Source: a virus (taxonomy: Duplodnaviria; Caudoviricetes). Taken from it: a stretch of 28,197 nt of DNA. The position numbers and the translations under genes are program-made. Of this stretch, positions 1-8,132 are shown piece after piece (positions within the stretch are counted from its first letter, which is position 1; each line of letters begins with the position of its first letter). The DNA is taken from the IMG/VR virus record IMGVR_UViG_3300048880_000066, positions 1 through 28,197 of that record; one strand, 5' to 3'. The notes under the pieces were generated by a model. The model was not told where the DNA came from. It saw only the letters and a program-made list of their open reading frames with translations, and made no database searches.

Positions 1-125
1 AAACGCTCAAAAAGTCATTCCAAGAAATGAACGACATCGAGAAAAAATTAAAAGAACTCGACGATGAAATGACACGAATCGAAGAGGAACGGAGACGTAT
101 TTTGACCTCTGGTCTAAATAACTGA
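1..125 (+). CDS. Partial (5'-truncated) coiled-coil hypothetical protein
   Basis: Frame from position 3 is open: TLKKSFQEMNDIEKKLKELDDEMTRIEEERRRILTSGLNN*, stop TGA at 123-125. Heptad-like charged pattern; not in the ORF track. Confidence 0.7.
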   Translation, partial: TLKKSFQEMNDIEKKLKELDDEMTRIEEERRRILTSGLNN

Positions 126-129
126 ATGA

Positions 130-155
130 GAGAGAGCCGAGAGATCGGTTCTCTC
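130..155 (+). terminator. GNRA-capped hairpin; weak terminator or processing/stability element
   Basis: GAGAGAGCCGA-GAGA-TCGGTTCTCTC forms an 11-bp stem (one G.U), followed by GTTT and then the RBS AGGAGG of the next gene. Confidence 0.45.
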
Positions 156-169
156 GTTTAGGAGGCACT

Positions 170-406
170 ATGAGCCATGAGATGAATGATGAACGGGACG
201 ACAATATCCGCGATGGCAGATTCGAAGTTGTCGGACAGTTCAGCTTTAAAAACAGAACGCAATTTAAATGCGTTTTATGTGATCGAAAAGTATGGGGATA
301 CGGAAACAATCCCGCGCCACTAGCGACGGACGGACTGTGCTGTGAACCATGCAATCTGAAAGTTTTATTAGCAAGAATTGAGTTATTTCCAAAGGGGGGA
401 ATATGA
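170..406 (+). CDS. Small Cys-rich putative Zn-binding phage protein
   Basis: RBS AGGAGG at 160-165. Motif CxxC...GYGNNPxP...CCxxCN. Stop overlaps the next start (ATGA). Confidence 0.8.
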   Translation: MSHEMNDERDDNIRDGRFEVVGQFSFKNRTQFKCVLCDRKVWGYGNNPAPLATDGLCCEPCNLKVLLARIELFPKGGI

Positions 407-1422
407 CAGGTATGACAGACGAAGAGTTGCAGTTCAACACGCAACAGCAAGAATCGTGGGGACAGCTTTTCTCCCACTCCAACCTCGCATCGCTGGGGAC
501 TGACATCGAGGACGCTATCAACGTCCCTGATGCCCTAAGAATGGCGGGTCTTGATTGGGAGGTCGAAAAGAACTCGACTTTTTATACACGAGACGACGAC
601 GACGGGATGGCATTTATTAAGTCCAAGCATTTTTATTCGATCAGTCGAACAGATACGAAGGACGAATTCTGCCACGCCACGAGTCGTTACCAAACGGTCA
701 ACAACATCGATGCTTTCGGTTTTGTCGACCTCCTATGCGAAGAGGGTGCGCGCTTTTGGAGGGCCGGAGAGTTCAGAGGAGGGAGAAAGGTTTTCATGAT
801 AGTAAAACTCCCTGTCCCTTTGACGATGTCTTCCGGCGACACGATAGCGCGGTCGATCATAGTATCGACCTCGCACGACTCGACGCAGGGTATTCGAGCG
901 AACTGGTTGCCGATTCGGTTTGCCTGTTCCAACGTTGTCGCCGCGTCGATTGCAAATAGTCCAATGGTTTTTCGGCACACGGTGTCGATGGCTGACGGGG
1001 TAAACGCTAAAGCGGCGAGGCGAATTCTCTATGATGCGGAGCATTATTATTCTTCGCTCGACAGGTATGTGAACGCGATGGAAGTTCAGCCGTTTAACGA
1101 TGGCGACATGGAGAAATTAATCGAGAACGTTTTCGATTCTCCAAGAACTCCCGACGATAAGCATCGGCTATCTAATAACTATTTATATGAGACTTGTCTG
1201 CAAACATTCCGCAGAGGGAGAGGAACGTTCGGGCTTACAAAATGGGACGCATATAACGCGGTCTGCGAGTATCTCGATTACTATCGCCCGATCGGAAATA
1301 AACTGGACTCCGTAGCCGATCCAGCCATGCAGAACGAGAGGCATTTCAACTCGATTCTCTCGACGAACAGGTTCTCAGGAACTAAGTTGCGAACCAAGGC
1401 GTTCGAACTGTTAACGGCTTAA
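403..1422 (+). CDS. DUF932/TIGR03299-like phage/plasmid protein
   Basis: Family-like motifs AGLDWEVEK, YQTVNNIDAF, AGEFRGGRKVF, STSHDS, PIRFACSN, RHT, GTxWxAYNAVxEYxD. Confidence 0.85.
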   Translation: MTGMTDEELQFNTQQQESWGQLFSHSNLASLGTDIEDAINVPDALRMAGLDWEVEKNSTFYTRDDDDGMAFIKSKHFYSISRTDTKDEFCHATSRYQTVNNIDAFGFVDLLCEEGARFWRAGEFRGGRKVFMIVKLPVPLTMSSGDTIARSIIVSTSHDSTQGIRANWLPIRFACSNVVAASIANSPMVFRHTVSMADGVNAKAARRILYDAEHYYSSLDRYVNAMEVQPFNDGDMEKLIENVFDSPRTPDDKHRLSNNYLYETCLQTFRRGRGTFGLTKWDAYNAVCEYLDYYRPIGNKLDSVADPAMQNERHFNSILSTNRFSGTKLRTKAFELLTA

Positions 1423-1436
1423 TTTTCTTATATAAT
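1408..1436 (+). promoter_or_regulatory. Putative promoter CTGTTAA-N16-TATAAT
   Basis: Perfect -10 TATAAT at 1431-1436 upstream of RBS AAGGAGG. The same upstream heptamer and spacing recur at 1703-1731. Confidence 0.5.
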
Positions 1437-1461
1437 CAGGTAGTTTATAAAGGAGGTAATA

Positions 1462-1701
1462 ATGACTACCGCAACACAATTCGTGTGGAGAACGGCTCGC
1501 GAGACTGCCGAGATACTCGGCATTAGTCGAACGAGAGTGAACCAACTCGCCCGCGATGGTCGATTCGGGCTGAATGCTTATAAAAAGTATTCAGCCGAGT
1601 TGAACTACAACGGCGTATGGTACATCCCGTTTCCGAACGAATACAAAAGACAACCAGAAGGGCGACCGCTTGGCAGTAAATCCAAGACTGCTTATATTTA
1701 A
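1462..1701 (+). CDS. Helix-turn-helix DNA-binding protein (excisionase/HTH_17-like)
   Basis: TARETAEILGISRTRVNQLARDGRF HTH pattern, C-terminal GRP (AT-hook-like), strong RBS AAGGAGGT. Confidence 0.8.
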   Translation: MTTATQFVWRTARETAEILGISRTRVNQLARDGRFGLNAYKKYSAELNYNGVWYIPFPNEYKRQPEGRPLGSKSKTAYI

Positions 1702-1702
1702 T

Positions 1703-1731
1703 CTGTTAAGGTAGCCTGTCCACAATAAAAT
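1703..1731 (+). promoter_or_regulatory. Putative promoter CTGTTAA-N16-TAAAAT
   Basis: Intergenic; same heptamer and spacing as at 1408-1436. Confidence 0.45.
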
Positions 1732-1755
1732 AATCCAAAGTCATAGGAGGGCTGT

Positions 1756-2715
1756 ATGGATACAATTTTTCGTGATCGAATTTTGATCACAAACGTTCAG
1801 GACATCGACTGGGCGTACAAATTAACGGGAGACATCAAGGCGATTTCGCCTAAGTACCCCACCTCTAACATCACGCTGTCAAAGCAAGATGCCGGAGACA
1901 AAATACCGAGGCAGGGCGACCAAGTCCTCTGCCAGTTTGAGACAGACAATCTCAAGAAAGTGGATTCTTCAGCGGAAGAGCAGGAAAAGACGTGGAACTG
2001 GTACTGGAAAATCACCCAGTACGACATTGATTCTGAAGGACAACCAGACAGCGGGGACGACCTCTGGAAAGAGGCGGAAAAAGGCACATATAATCAGCCA
2101 GCCGCCAGCGGCAATGTGATTAATCGCTCCGTTGTCGACAATATCCGCGTTCCTGATTACACGAAAGACCTTCGACCGGAGGAAAGATATCGAGCGACAG
2201 CGTCCAACGCACGAACTGCGTTGATGCTGGCGCGGGAGATAATGACCGAGGACGGAGCGATGACGGCAAAATGGTATGAGGGAGAGGACTCCGACGCCTT
2301 TCATCTTAATAACGACTTACTGTTCGCGCTGTCCGATAGTCTGTTCGGGTATATTCAATCCCGAACAAACGGCACGGACTTCGTCGAGTGGGTCGAACCG
2401 CCGTACGAGTCCCCGATGGTTAATTCTCTGGTTAAAGACGGAGCAACAATCACGGAGATCAAACCAAAGCCCAAAGCCCCCGTCTTTGAGGACGGCACAA
2501 TGACGATTGACCCTGACTCGACTGTCGACATCAAAGACGGAGTCGCGTTCAAAGAAGCAGTTCTCGCCAGAGGTCACGACCTCGCATGGGCGATGGATCG
2601 ATTCAAAAGGCTGGGGATTGCCAAGTCCTCGGATTATGTCTCCTCCGGAAGGGGTTCATATAACGATCTCCTCAAAGAGATCGTGAATCTCCCTGACGAG
2701 GACGAGGGAATATAG
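1756..2715 (+). CDS. Hypothetical protein, possibly ssDNA-binding/recombination
   Basis: RBS AGGAGG; 319-aa ORF with aromatic beta-rich N-terminus and acidic tail PDEDEGI; lies upstream of the helicase. Function is inference only. Confidence 0.7.
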   Translation: MDTIFRDRILITNVQDIDWAYKLTGDIKAISPKYPTSNITLSKQDAGDKIPRQGDQVLCQFETDNLKKVDSSAEEQEKTWNWYWKITQYDIDSEGQPDSGDDLWKEAEKGTYNQPAASGNVINRSVVDNIRVPDYTKDLRPEERYRATASNARTALMLAREIMTEDGAMTAKWYEGEDSDAFHLNNDLLFALSDSLFGYIQSRTNGTDFVEWVEPPYESPMVNSLVKDGATITEIKPKPKAPVFEDGTMTIDPDSTVDIKDGVAFKEAVLARGHDLAWAMDRFKRLGIAKSSDYVSSGRGSYNDLLKEIVNLPDEDEGI

Positions 2716-3008
2716 TGGATACGACTCCGCTATATTGCGGAGTCAATGGCTGTAATACCCACGACTATCAGGTCGCTCCGGCTTTCTGCGATTACCAATG
2801 GCAACTGCGACAGGCAGACTTGGCCCGCAGAGAGTCGGATCGATCGGTGGAGCGCACAATTAAGGACGTCTCTCTGGTTCTCAGAGAGACGCTCCTCGAT
2901 GTTCTCGACACTATCGAGACGGTAAAAGAGGAGAAGCCCACCTATCGCGCCCCTAGCCAGCCAAACGGCTCCCCAAAACGAAACAAGAGAGGAGGAATTT
3001 CATTATGA
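2715..3008 (+). CDS. Hypothetical protein
   Basis: GTG start overlaps the previous TAG and its stop overlaps the next ATG. N-terminal C-x4-C-x2-H. Confidence 0.7.
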   Translation: MDTTPLYCGVNGCNTHDYQVAPAFCDYQWQLRQADLARRESDRSVERTIKDVSLVLRETLLDVLDTIETVKEEKPTYRAPSQPNGSPKRNKRGGISL

Positions 3009-4267
3009 CGTATCAGTATCAGAGCGACGCACAACCCCAACCTCCAGAAATGGAAGTTGATGGCGAAGTTTATACGCTCACTTGGCACGACCGAAATATC
3101 AAAATGACAATCGACAGATTCCATACTCGATCAGAAGAAACGAAAGCCGAAATCAAAGTCGAATTCGCCGACAGGGAAGAGAGCGAAGCAATGATCACGC
3201 GCGGACGTGCAGGTCTACTTTCAACATTCAAAAACCTGATCGACGATTGTGTCGACTTTGGCGGGGATTGGATCGAGAAAGACGACTGGAAAATTATGTT
3301 CAAACAAATGTCGATTACAGTTCTCGATCGGTTCCGCATGGGAGAACCCGTGCTGAATCTCGCGACCCTTGAGGACAAGGGCCAAAAACCGTTCATCGTG
3401 TCACCGTTTATTTTCGAAGGTTCGCCGACGATTATTTACGGACGCGGTGGGGTTGGTAAATCCTTGTTCTGTCTTTATTTGGCAATGCTGATGCAGACCG
3501 GAAACAGCGAAAATCGCCTCAATGCGACGGGAGGAAACGTCCTGTATCTCGATTGGGAGGCAGACCCCGACGAGTCGAAACATCGGGCAGACCTCATCGC
3601 CCACGGTATGAACATATCACCGGACGTGAACATTCATTATCGATTCTGTGCCGAACCGTTTACCAGCGAAATCGACGTGATACGGAGACTTGTCAGCAAA
3701 CTCGACATCCAGCTTGTCGTAATTGATTCCATAATTCCGTCATGTGGCGGGAATGCAATTGATCCAGAGGTGACCTCGAAATACTCCCGCGCGATTCGAT
3801 CTCTGAAAACTTCAAAGGGACAGGTTGCAACGCTCTTGATTGGTCACACGACCAAGCAAGAGGACAAGTCCGGAAGTCCGTTCGGGTCTGTCGTCTGGAG
3901 AAACTTCGCGAGAACCGTTTGGGAATTTCGCGCCCCACAACAGGCGAATTCTGATGTTGTCGACATTGCGTTGATACATCAAAAAATAAATCTCGGAAAA
4001 ACCCTTGCTCCTGTCGGGGTTCAAATCTATTGGGGTGAAGGTGCAGTCAAGTTCAAAGCTATGGACGCAAGACGACATCCGTTGTTCCGTGCGGACATGC
4101 CTCTGGGAGAGCGAATACACGTTCTTTTAGAGGATAACGGTACGATGACACTTGAACGCATCGTGTCGACCCTGAGGGGCGTCGAGGAGAGCGATATCCT
4201 TGATGTTCTAGAAGGAGACAATCGCTTCGAAAGTGTCGGAACTGGCTGGCAGTTAGTTTCGATCTAG
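3005..4267 (+). CDS. RecA-fold ATPase, AAA_25/RepA-type replicative helicase
   Basis: Walker A GRGGVGKS, VLYLDWE, Walker B LVVIDSI, LLIGHTTK, PFGS. C-terminal winged-helix-like segment; RBS GGAGGA. Confidence 0.85.
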   Translation: MTYQYQSDAQPQPPEMEVDGEVYTLTWHDRNIKMTIDRFHTRSEETKAEIKVEFADREESEAMITRGRAGLLSTFKNLIDDCVDFGGDWIEKDDWKIMFKQMSITVLDRFRMGEPVLNLATLEDKGQKPFIVSPFIFEGSPTIIYGRGGVGKSLFCLYLAMLMQTGNSENRLNATGGNVLYLDWEADPDESKHRADLIAHGMNISPDVNIHYRFCAEPFTSEIDVIRRLVSKLDIQLVVIDSIIPSCGGNAIDPEVTSKYSRAIRSLKTSKGQVATLLIGHTTKQEDKSGSPFGSVVWRNFARTVWEFRAPQQANSDVVDIALIHQKINLGKTLAPVGVQIYWGEGAVKFKAMDARRHPLFRADMPLGERIHVLLEDNGTMTLERIVSTLRGVEESDILDVLEGDNRFESVGTGWQLVSI

Positions 4268-4272
4268 GATTA

Positions 4273-4361
4273 CGCGAGACGGGGAGGTTATGACGACTGA
4301 GCAAAACAAGGAAAGCTCGTCCGTCGCTCCTGAGTTAATGAGGAGGGCTTTTCGTCTCGCG
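4273..4361 (+). other. Predicted three-way-junction structure at the convergence of early and late arms
   Basis: 14-bp outer stem CGCGAGACGGGGAG/CTTTTCGTCTCGCG (three G.U pairs on the + strand) encloses two inner hairpins. Confidence 0.45.
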
Positions 4362-4574
4362 CTTTCCGACGGTTGCGGATATCCAAGTCCGCGACCGAGA
4401 CAATATATTACCATTTTTTACAAATTGAAAGACGTTGGATGAACAGATTCCACACACTCCACGAACCGCGTTTCGCGTCGTTCCAGATGTCATCTGCACG
4501 ACCTGAGATCGCGCATGATGAAGACTTCTGTTTTTCTTACACTTCGGGCAGTAAGCCTTTGGCTTAAAAATCAC
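4335..4574 (-). CDS. DUF5679-like zinc-ribbon protein
   Basis: KAYCPKCKKNR...RNAVRGVCGICSSNVFQF resembles the DUF5679 pattern. Likely start is GTG at 4574 (TAGTG overlap, GGAG upstream), not 4709. Confidence 0.65.
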   Translation of the reverse strand: MIFKPKAYCPKCKKNRSLHHARSQVVQMTSGTTRNAVRGVCGICSSNVFQFVKNGNILSRSRTWISATVGKRETKSPPH

Positions 4575-4753
4575 TACTCGTTCTCCAACACTTTCAACGA
4601 AACACCCGCGAGGAAACCGAATAATGCTCCTATTATTGCGGTAATTACTTCGATTGCCTGAAGTTGAACCCCAACCCATAAACCAACACACGAAAAAATC
4701 GTCGCGCATAAAATGGCGACCATGATCTGCGGTCGTATTTTTCCAAACTCCAT
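4574..4753 (-). CDS. 59-aa two-TM membrane protein, holin candidate
   Basis: Not in the ORF track. MEFGKIRPQIMVAILCATIFSCVGLWVGVQLQAIEVITAIIGALFGFLAGVSLKVLENE*. RBS AAGGAG; TAATG and TAGTG coupling at its two ends. Confidence 0.75.
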   Translation of the reverse strand: MEFGKIRPQIMVAILCATIFSCVGLWVGVQLQAIEVITAIIGALFGFLAGVSLKVLENE

Positions 4754-4932
4754 TAATTAATCTCCTTTGATTCCTTTGTATATCGCGGATGAAATATCAA
4801 ATGATGTTGTTTTCTTTGTTGTAACACCGGATCGAGTCCCGTGTTCAACTCTCGCGCTTTGCGCTCTCTTTCGTCTAACCATACACATGTGTCGCAGTGT
4901 AATTTATAAGTCAACAATGGTTCTGCCTTCAT
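4753..4932 (-). CDS. 59-aa hypothetical protein with CxxC...HxxxH
   Basis: Not in the ORF track. MKAEPLLTYKLHCDTCVWLDERERKARELNTGLDPVLQQRKQHHLIFHPRYTKESKEIN*. ATGA overlap upstream and TAATG overlap downstream fill the gap exactly. Confidence 0.65.
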   Translation of the reverse strand: MKAEPLLTYKLHCDTCVWLDERERKARELNTGLDPVLQQRKQHHLIFHPRYTKESKEIN

Positions 4933-6161
4933 TGTGAGGCAGGCAATGGCATTGATACTTCAATATTGCTGGTATTTAAAAATGACTTATATACTACTGA
5001 TGTCGCTATGGTAAATGCCTTAGTAGCGAGGCTCTCATCACCACCGATTTCATTGAGAGTTATTTCCATAGTGCCTGCCTTAATTAAATTTAATACACAA
5101 GCCCCACCGCGCGCGTAAATATTCGAAAGTTTCAGGACATCGACCTTGCCGTTTACCCCGCTGGATGCACTCGTGATTTTTAACATGTCATACAATCCAC
5201 CCTTAGTCTCCATATCGTCTGCACGATTTCCGCCATTGATACCCCTGTCGCGGGGTACTCCAGCCACGGGGCTGATGGATTGCCCGTCGGACAGATTTCC
5301 ATGGACGATCAATTTGTGGATTTCTGAATTACTAATATCTAGTCGTGCGCAACGCCACCTGTCGATCGTCAGCTTTCCCACCTCCAGATATGTCTCGTTA
5401 AATGTTGGATCTGTTGATGCCGCAATCCCACCGACATAAATCACATTTCCCCCTGCATTGCTGGGCAATGCAGAGCCTGCGTATGCTGTACCAAGCGAGA
5501 TGTTTTCAATCGTGATATTCCCCACACTTGTAGTTCCTAAGTCTAGGCGCAAGGTGTTATATTCTTGGTCTGCGAATACTGGAGCATCAAGAGGGGCGGA
5601 GTATATCCCTGCGTCACCATTAGCAAATGATCTACCCTGCGTTACCTCTGCGACCACCAAACCGCCTCCGGCAACAGACCCGATACTTAAGAACGTGATA
5701 GCCATTTGCGGGCTGAATCCTGCCATTCTCAAGAGGGTGAAAGGTGATTTTACGATATTAAATGCGGTGCGCCATTTTTTAGATTCCCCATTTAAATATT
5801 CTATCTTGGCAAAGACCCAATCCCGTGCGACGCAGACCTTTCGATAAGTGGAGATAACCTTGCGAGGAAAGGCACGTATATTCCTGCGGGATTCGGGCTG
5901 TAGCAAGCCCATAGCGAAGAGGGCGAGAGATGTCGGTAGTGTTATTAACCAATTGGTATTTAACGTCTCAATTACAGAACTTAAATAAATGAGCGTTGGC
6001 TGAATCCAACAACCGACATAATCGATGCAGGGAACAGTGTAAGGAATCCAATTGATAGGATTAAAATAACTTAATGCCAGCCCTACAATTCCCAACAGTA
6101 TCAAGGAGATTGTTAAAGCAATCGCCAATATCGTCGAAATTCTCATTCTTAACATGTCCAT
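4929..6161 (-). CDS. Hypothetical multi-TM membrane protein with a beta-rich C-terminal domain
   Basis: 410 aa; hydrophobic segments near aa 8-33, 72-87 and 153-172; C-terminal G/S/T/N/I/L-rich region; coupled to neighbours. Confidence 0.8.
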   Translation of the reverse strand: MDMLRMRISTILAIALTISLILLGIVGLALSYFNPINWIPYTVPCIDYVGCWIQPTLIYLSSVIETLNTNWLITLPTSLALFAMGLLQPESRRNIRAFPRKVISTYRKVCVARDWVFAKIEYLNGESKKWRTAFNIVKSPFTLLRMAGFSPQMAITFLSIGSVAGGGLVVAEVTQGRSFANGDAGIYSAPLDAPVFADQEYNTLRLDLGTTSVGNITIENISLGTAYAGSALPSNAGGNVIYVGGIAASTDPTFNETYLEVGKLTIDRWRCARLDISNSEIHKLIVHGNLSDGQSISPVAGVPRDRGINGGNRADDMETKGGLYDMLKITSASSGVNGKVDVLKLSNIYARGGACVLNLIKAGTMEITLNEIGGDESLATKAFTIATSVVYKSFLNTSNIEVSMPLPASQ

Positions 6162-6496
6162 TAATTGCCTCCGTAGTTTCCGTATTGCCTAGTGTCTCCA
6201 TATCCACTTTGTCCCATGTCTTTTAGGATGTCATTAAAACTGGAATGGTCGGACATTATGGAACGCATTTCATTCTCTATAATTGCTTGTTTCTTTTCGA
6301 TGTCATCTAACCGATTATCAAAATTCTCAATTGCTTCTATGAGGGCGGTATCGTCAAATACTTCAAGGCTTTCTATAGCAACAGTATTATTGGTTACTGT
6401 GGAATCAAGTTGGGCAATATACCAAATCATTCCAAAACATTGAGCCACAACAGCAGTTGCCAAAGCTATAACCACTTTCATGTTCTTGAAGTCCAT
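6161..6496 (-). CDS. Single-TM coiled-coil hypothetical protein
   Basis: N-terminal TM VVIALATAVVAQCFGMIWYI followed by heptad-like sequence. Confidence 0.75.
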   Translation of the reverse strand: MDFKNMKVVIALATAVVAQCFGMIWYIAQLDSTVTNNTVAIESLEVFDDTALIEAIENFDNRLDDIEKKQAIIENEMRSIMSDHSSFNDILKDMGQSGYGDTRQYGNYGGN

Positions 6497-6685
6497 TTAT
6501 GAGCCGCCGTCTTTGTACATTTTCACAATCAAATATGTCGCAATTGCCAAACCCGTCAGACCGATTCCGATTCCGTAAGAAGCTATTTTCCGAGTCATGC
6601 TTTGTCCTTTCTGCATTCTTTCTAATCTTCGTTTTAAATCGTCCAACTGATTGAGCAAGAACGAGACTTCCGTGTCTCTGCTCAT
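6497..6685 (-). CDS. Small coiled-coil protein with C-terminal TM
   Basis: LLNQLDDLKRRLERM, then IASYGIGIGLTGLAIATYLIV; RBS AAGGA. Confidence 0.7.
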   Translation of the reverse strand: MSRDTEVSFLLNQLDDLKRRLERMQKGQSMTRKIASYGIGIGLTGLAIATYLIVKMYKDGGS

Positions 6686-6696
6686 TTTTTATTTCC

Positions 6697-7506
6697 TTAC
6701 ATAGTTACCGCAATTTCGATGATGTTTATCTTTGCAACACCTGTCAGAATATATGTCGTTCCATTGGTGGATGTCTTATTCGCCGTGAATGACCAAGCTG
6801 TGGACGCTGTTCCGTTTGGTAAGAACTGGCACGAGTAAATCTGTGTACCAACACTCTGATCTTGAGCGGCTGTAGGGGTTACTCCGCTGACGGTTTTTTT
6901 GGTTGCGCTGTTATATATAAAAGCCAGATCGTACGTGAACGCTCCAATGAATCCAGTCCCGCTCGGAACATATGTATTCTTTGCGCCATACCAGAAATTC
7001 GCAACGAGAATTTTATTCGACCCCGTTGCGGCATAGGTGCTATTTCCTATCGTATAAATCCCCGTATCGCTTCCATTCCAAGCTGATCCCGCCTGATACT
7101 GCGGCGCAGTCTGTGCCGTTTCTGATGTCGAGATCGTGTGCTGATGATCACCCGCCGCCGCTTCCGTTGCTCCTGTTCCCAGACTTCGCAGAGACGGCGT
7201 CCCAGCCGCTTGGTCTGCCGCCGTTAAATCTACTGCAACACTTCCGTCGAAATAAAGAATATCAACGCTATTTCTTTGAATCGTTCCCGTGACCGACGGG
7301 TCTGCTGATTGGTCTGCGAATTGAAATCCTGCGATATTAGAAAACGAAACTCCTGACAACGTCGCTGATCCATCTCCTGCCGCGCCCGTGTGGGCGTGGA
7401 CAGAGAGTTGGTTCATGTTGTCTCTGATTTGTTCGTTAAGCGACCCCGTACCGGACGCCAAGATGATCTCGTCGGTTGCCCATGTTTTCGGTGCTGTCCA
7501 AGCCAT
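6697..7506 (-). CDS. Putative tail fibre / minor tail protein
   Basis: MAWTAPKTW...IRDN start, HxH motifs (HAH, HQH), G/S/T/A-rich; paralog of 7761-8123. Confidence 0.7.
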   Translation of the reverse strand: MAWTAPKTWATDEIILASGTGSLNEQIRDNMNQLSVHAHTGAAGDGSATLSGVSFSNIAGFQFADQSADPSVTGTIQRNSVDILYFDGSVAVDLTAADQAAGTPSLRSLGTGATEAAAGDHQHTISTSETAQTAPQYQAGSAWNGSDTGIYTIGNSTYAATGSNKILVANFWYGAKNTYVPSGTGFIGAFTYDLAFIYNSATKKTVSGVTPTAAQDQSVGTQIYSCQFLPNGTASTAWSFTANKTSTNGTTYILTGVAKINIIEIAVTM

Positions 7507-7751
7507 TACAAACTCCAGCCACTACAATCAGAACAACCGCTTGAATGGGTTGTCCACTTAGTCTCCATATCGCTAATCGATAAGGATTCTTTACTCGTTA
7601 TAAATTCGATCGTTCCCATATAATCTGCCGTGATGATAAGGGCTTCGGGGGGGTCTGTTGTTATGTCTAGACCGCTATTTTCCGCGCTTAATACTGCGGT
7701 TCGAATATGGTCGCAGATTGCTTTCTGTTCTTCGCCTGTTCTGTCTGCCAT
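7506..7751 (-). CDS. Hypothetical protein (tail region)
   Basis: RBS AAGGA; stop overlaps the next start; C-terminal HSSGCSDC. Confidence 0.7.
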   Translation of the reverse strand: MADRTGEEQKAICDHIRTAVLSAENSGLDITTDPPEALIITADYMGTIEFITSKESLSISDMETKWTTHSSGCSDCSGWSL

Positions 7752-7760
7752 GTTTAATCC

Positions 7761-8123
7761 TTAATGGGTATGATTCCCTGCCGCCGCTTGTGTCGCACCC
7801 GTGCCAAGTGTTCTGGCACTTGGCATCGATACACTCGCGTCCGAATCTAATTGCACAACATCTGTCCCGTTGTAATATCTCAGGTTGGTATTTACTCGCC
7901 GGAGTTCTCCCGCCCAAACAAACGTCGCTTCTGTGTTGCTGTTGAGTGCCATGTTCGTCTGTCCCGTATAAGTTCCACCGACATCAAGGACACTCCCCCC
8001 ATCACCAGCCGCGCCCGTGTGAGTGTGCGTCGACAATGCAAGGAAATTATCGCGAATATACGTGTTCATTAACGATGCCGTGACCATCGTTTCGCTCCAA
8101 GTTAGCGGTGCTGTCCAAGCCAT
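7761..8123 (-). CDS. Short tail fibre paralog
   Basis: MAWTAPLTW...IRDN...HTHTGAAGDG...LGTGATQAAAGNHTH aligns with the first ~125 aa of 6697-7506; RBS AGGAG. Confidence 0.75.
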   Translation of the reverse strand: MAWTAPLTWSETMVTASLMNTYIRDNFLALSTHTHTGAAGDGGSVLDVGGTYTGQTNMALNSNTEATFVWAGELRRVNTNLRYYNGTDVVQLDSDASVSMPSARTLGTGATQAAAGNHTH

Positions 8124-8132
8124 AACCGTCTC

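Noticed and set aside
4273-4361. Hammerhead ribozyme
   Set aside because: The CUGANGA core is absent on both strands.
4575-4709. N-terminal extension of the tracked ORF 4335-4709
   Set aside because: It overlaps a better-supported 59-aa two-TM gene in another frame that has an RBS and coupled start and stop.
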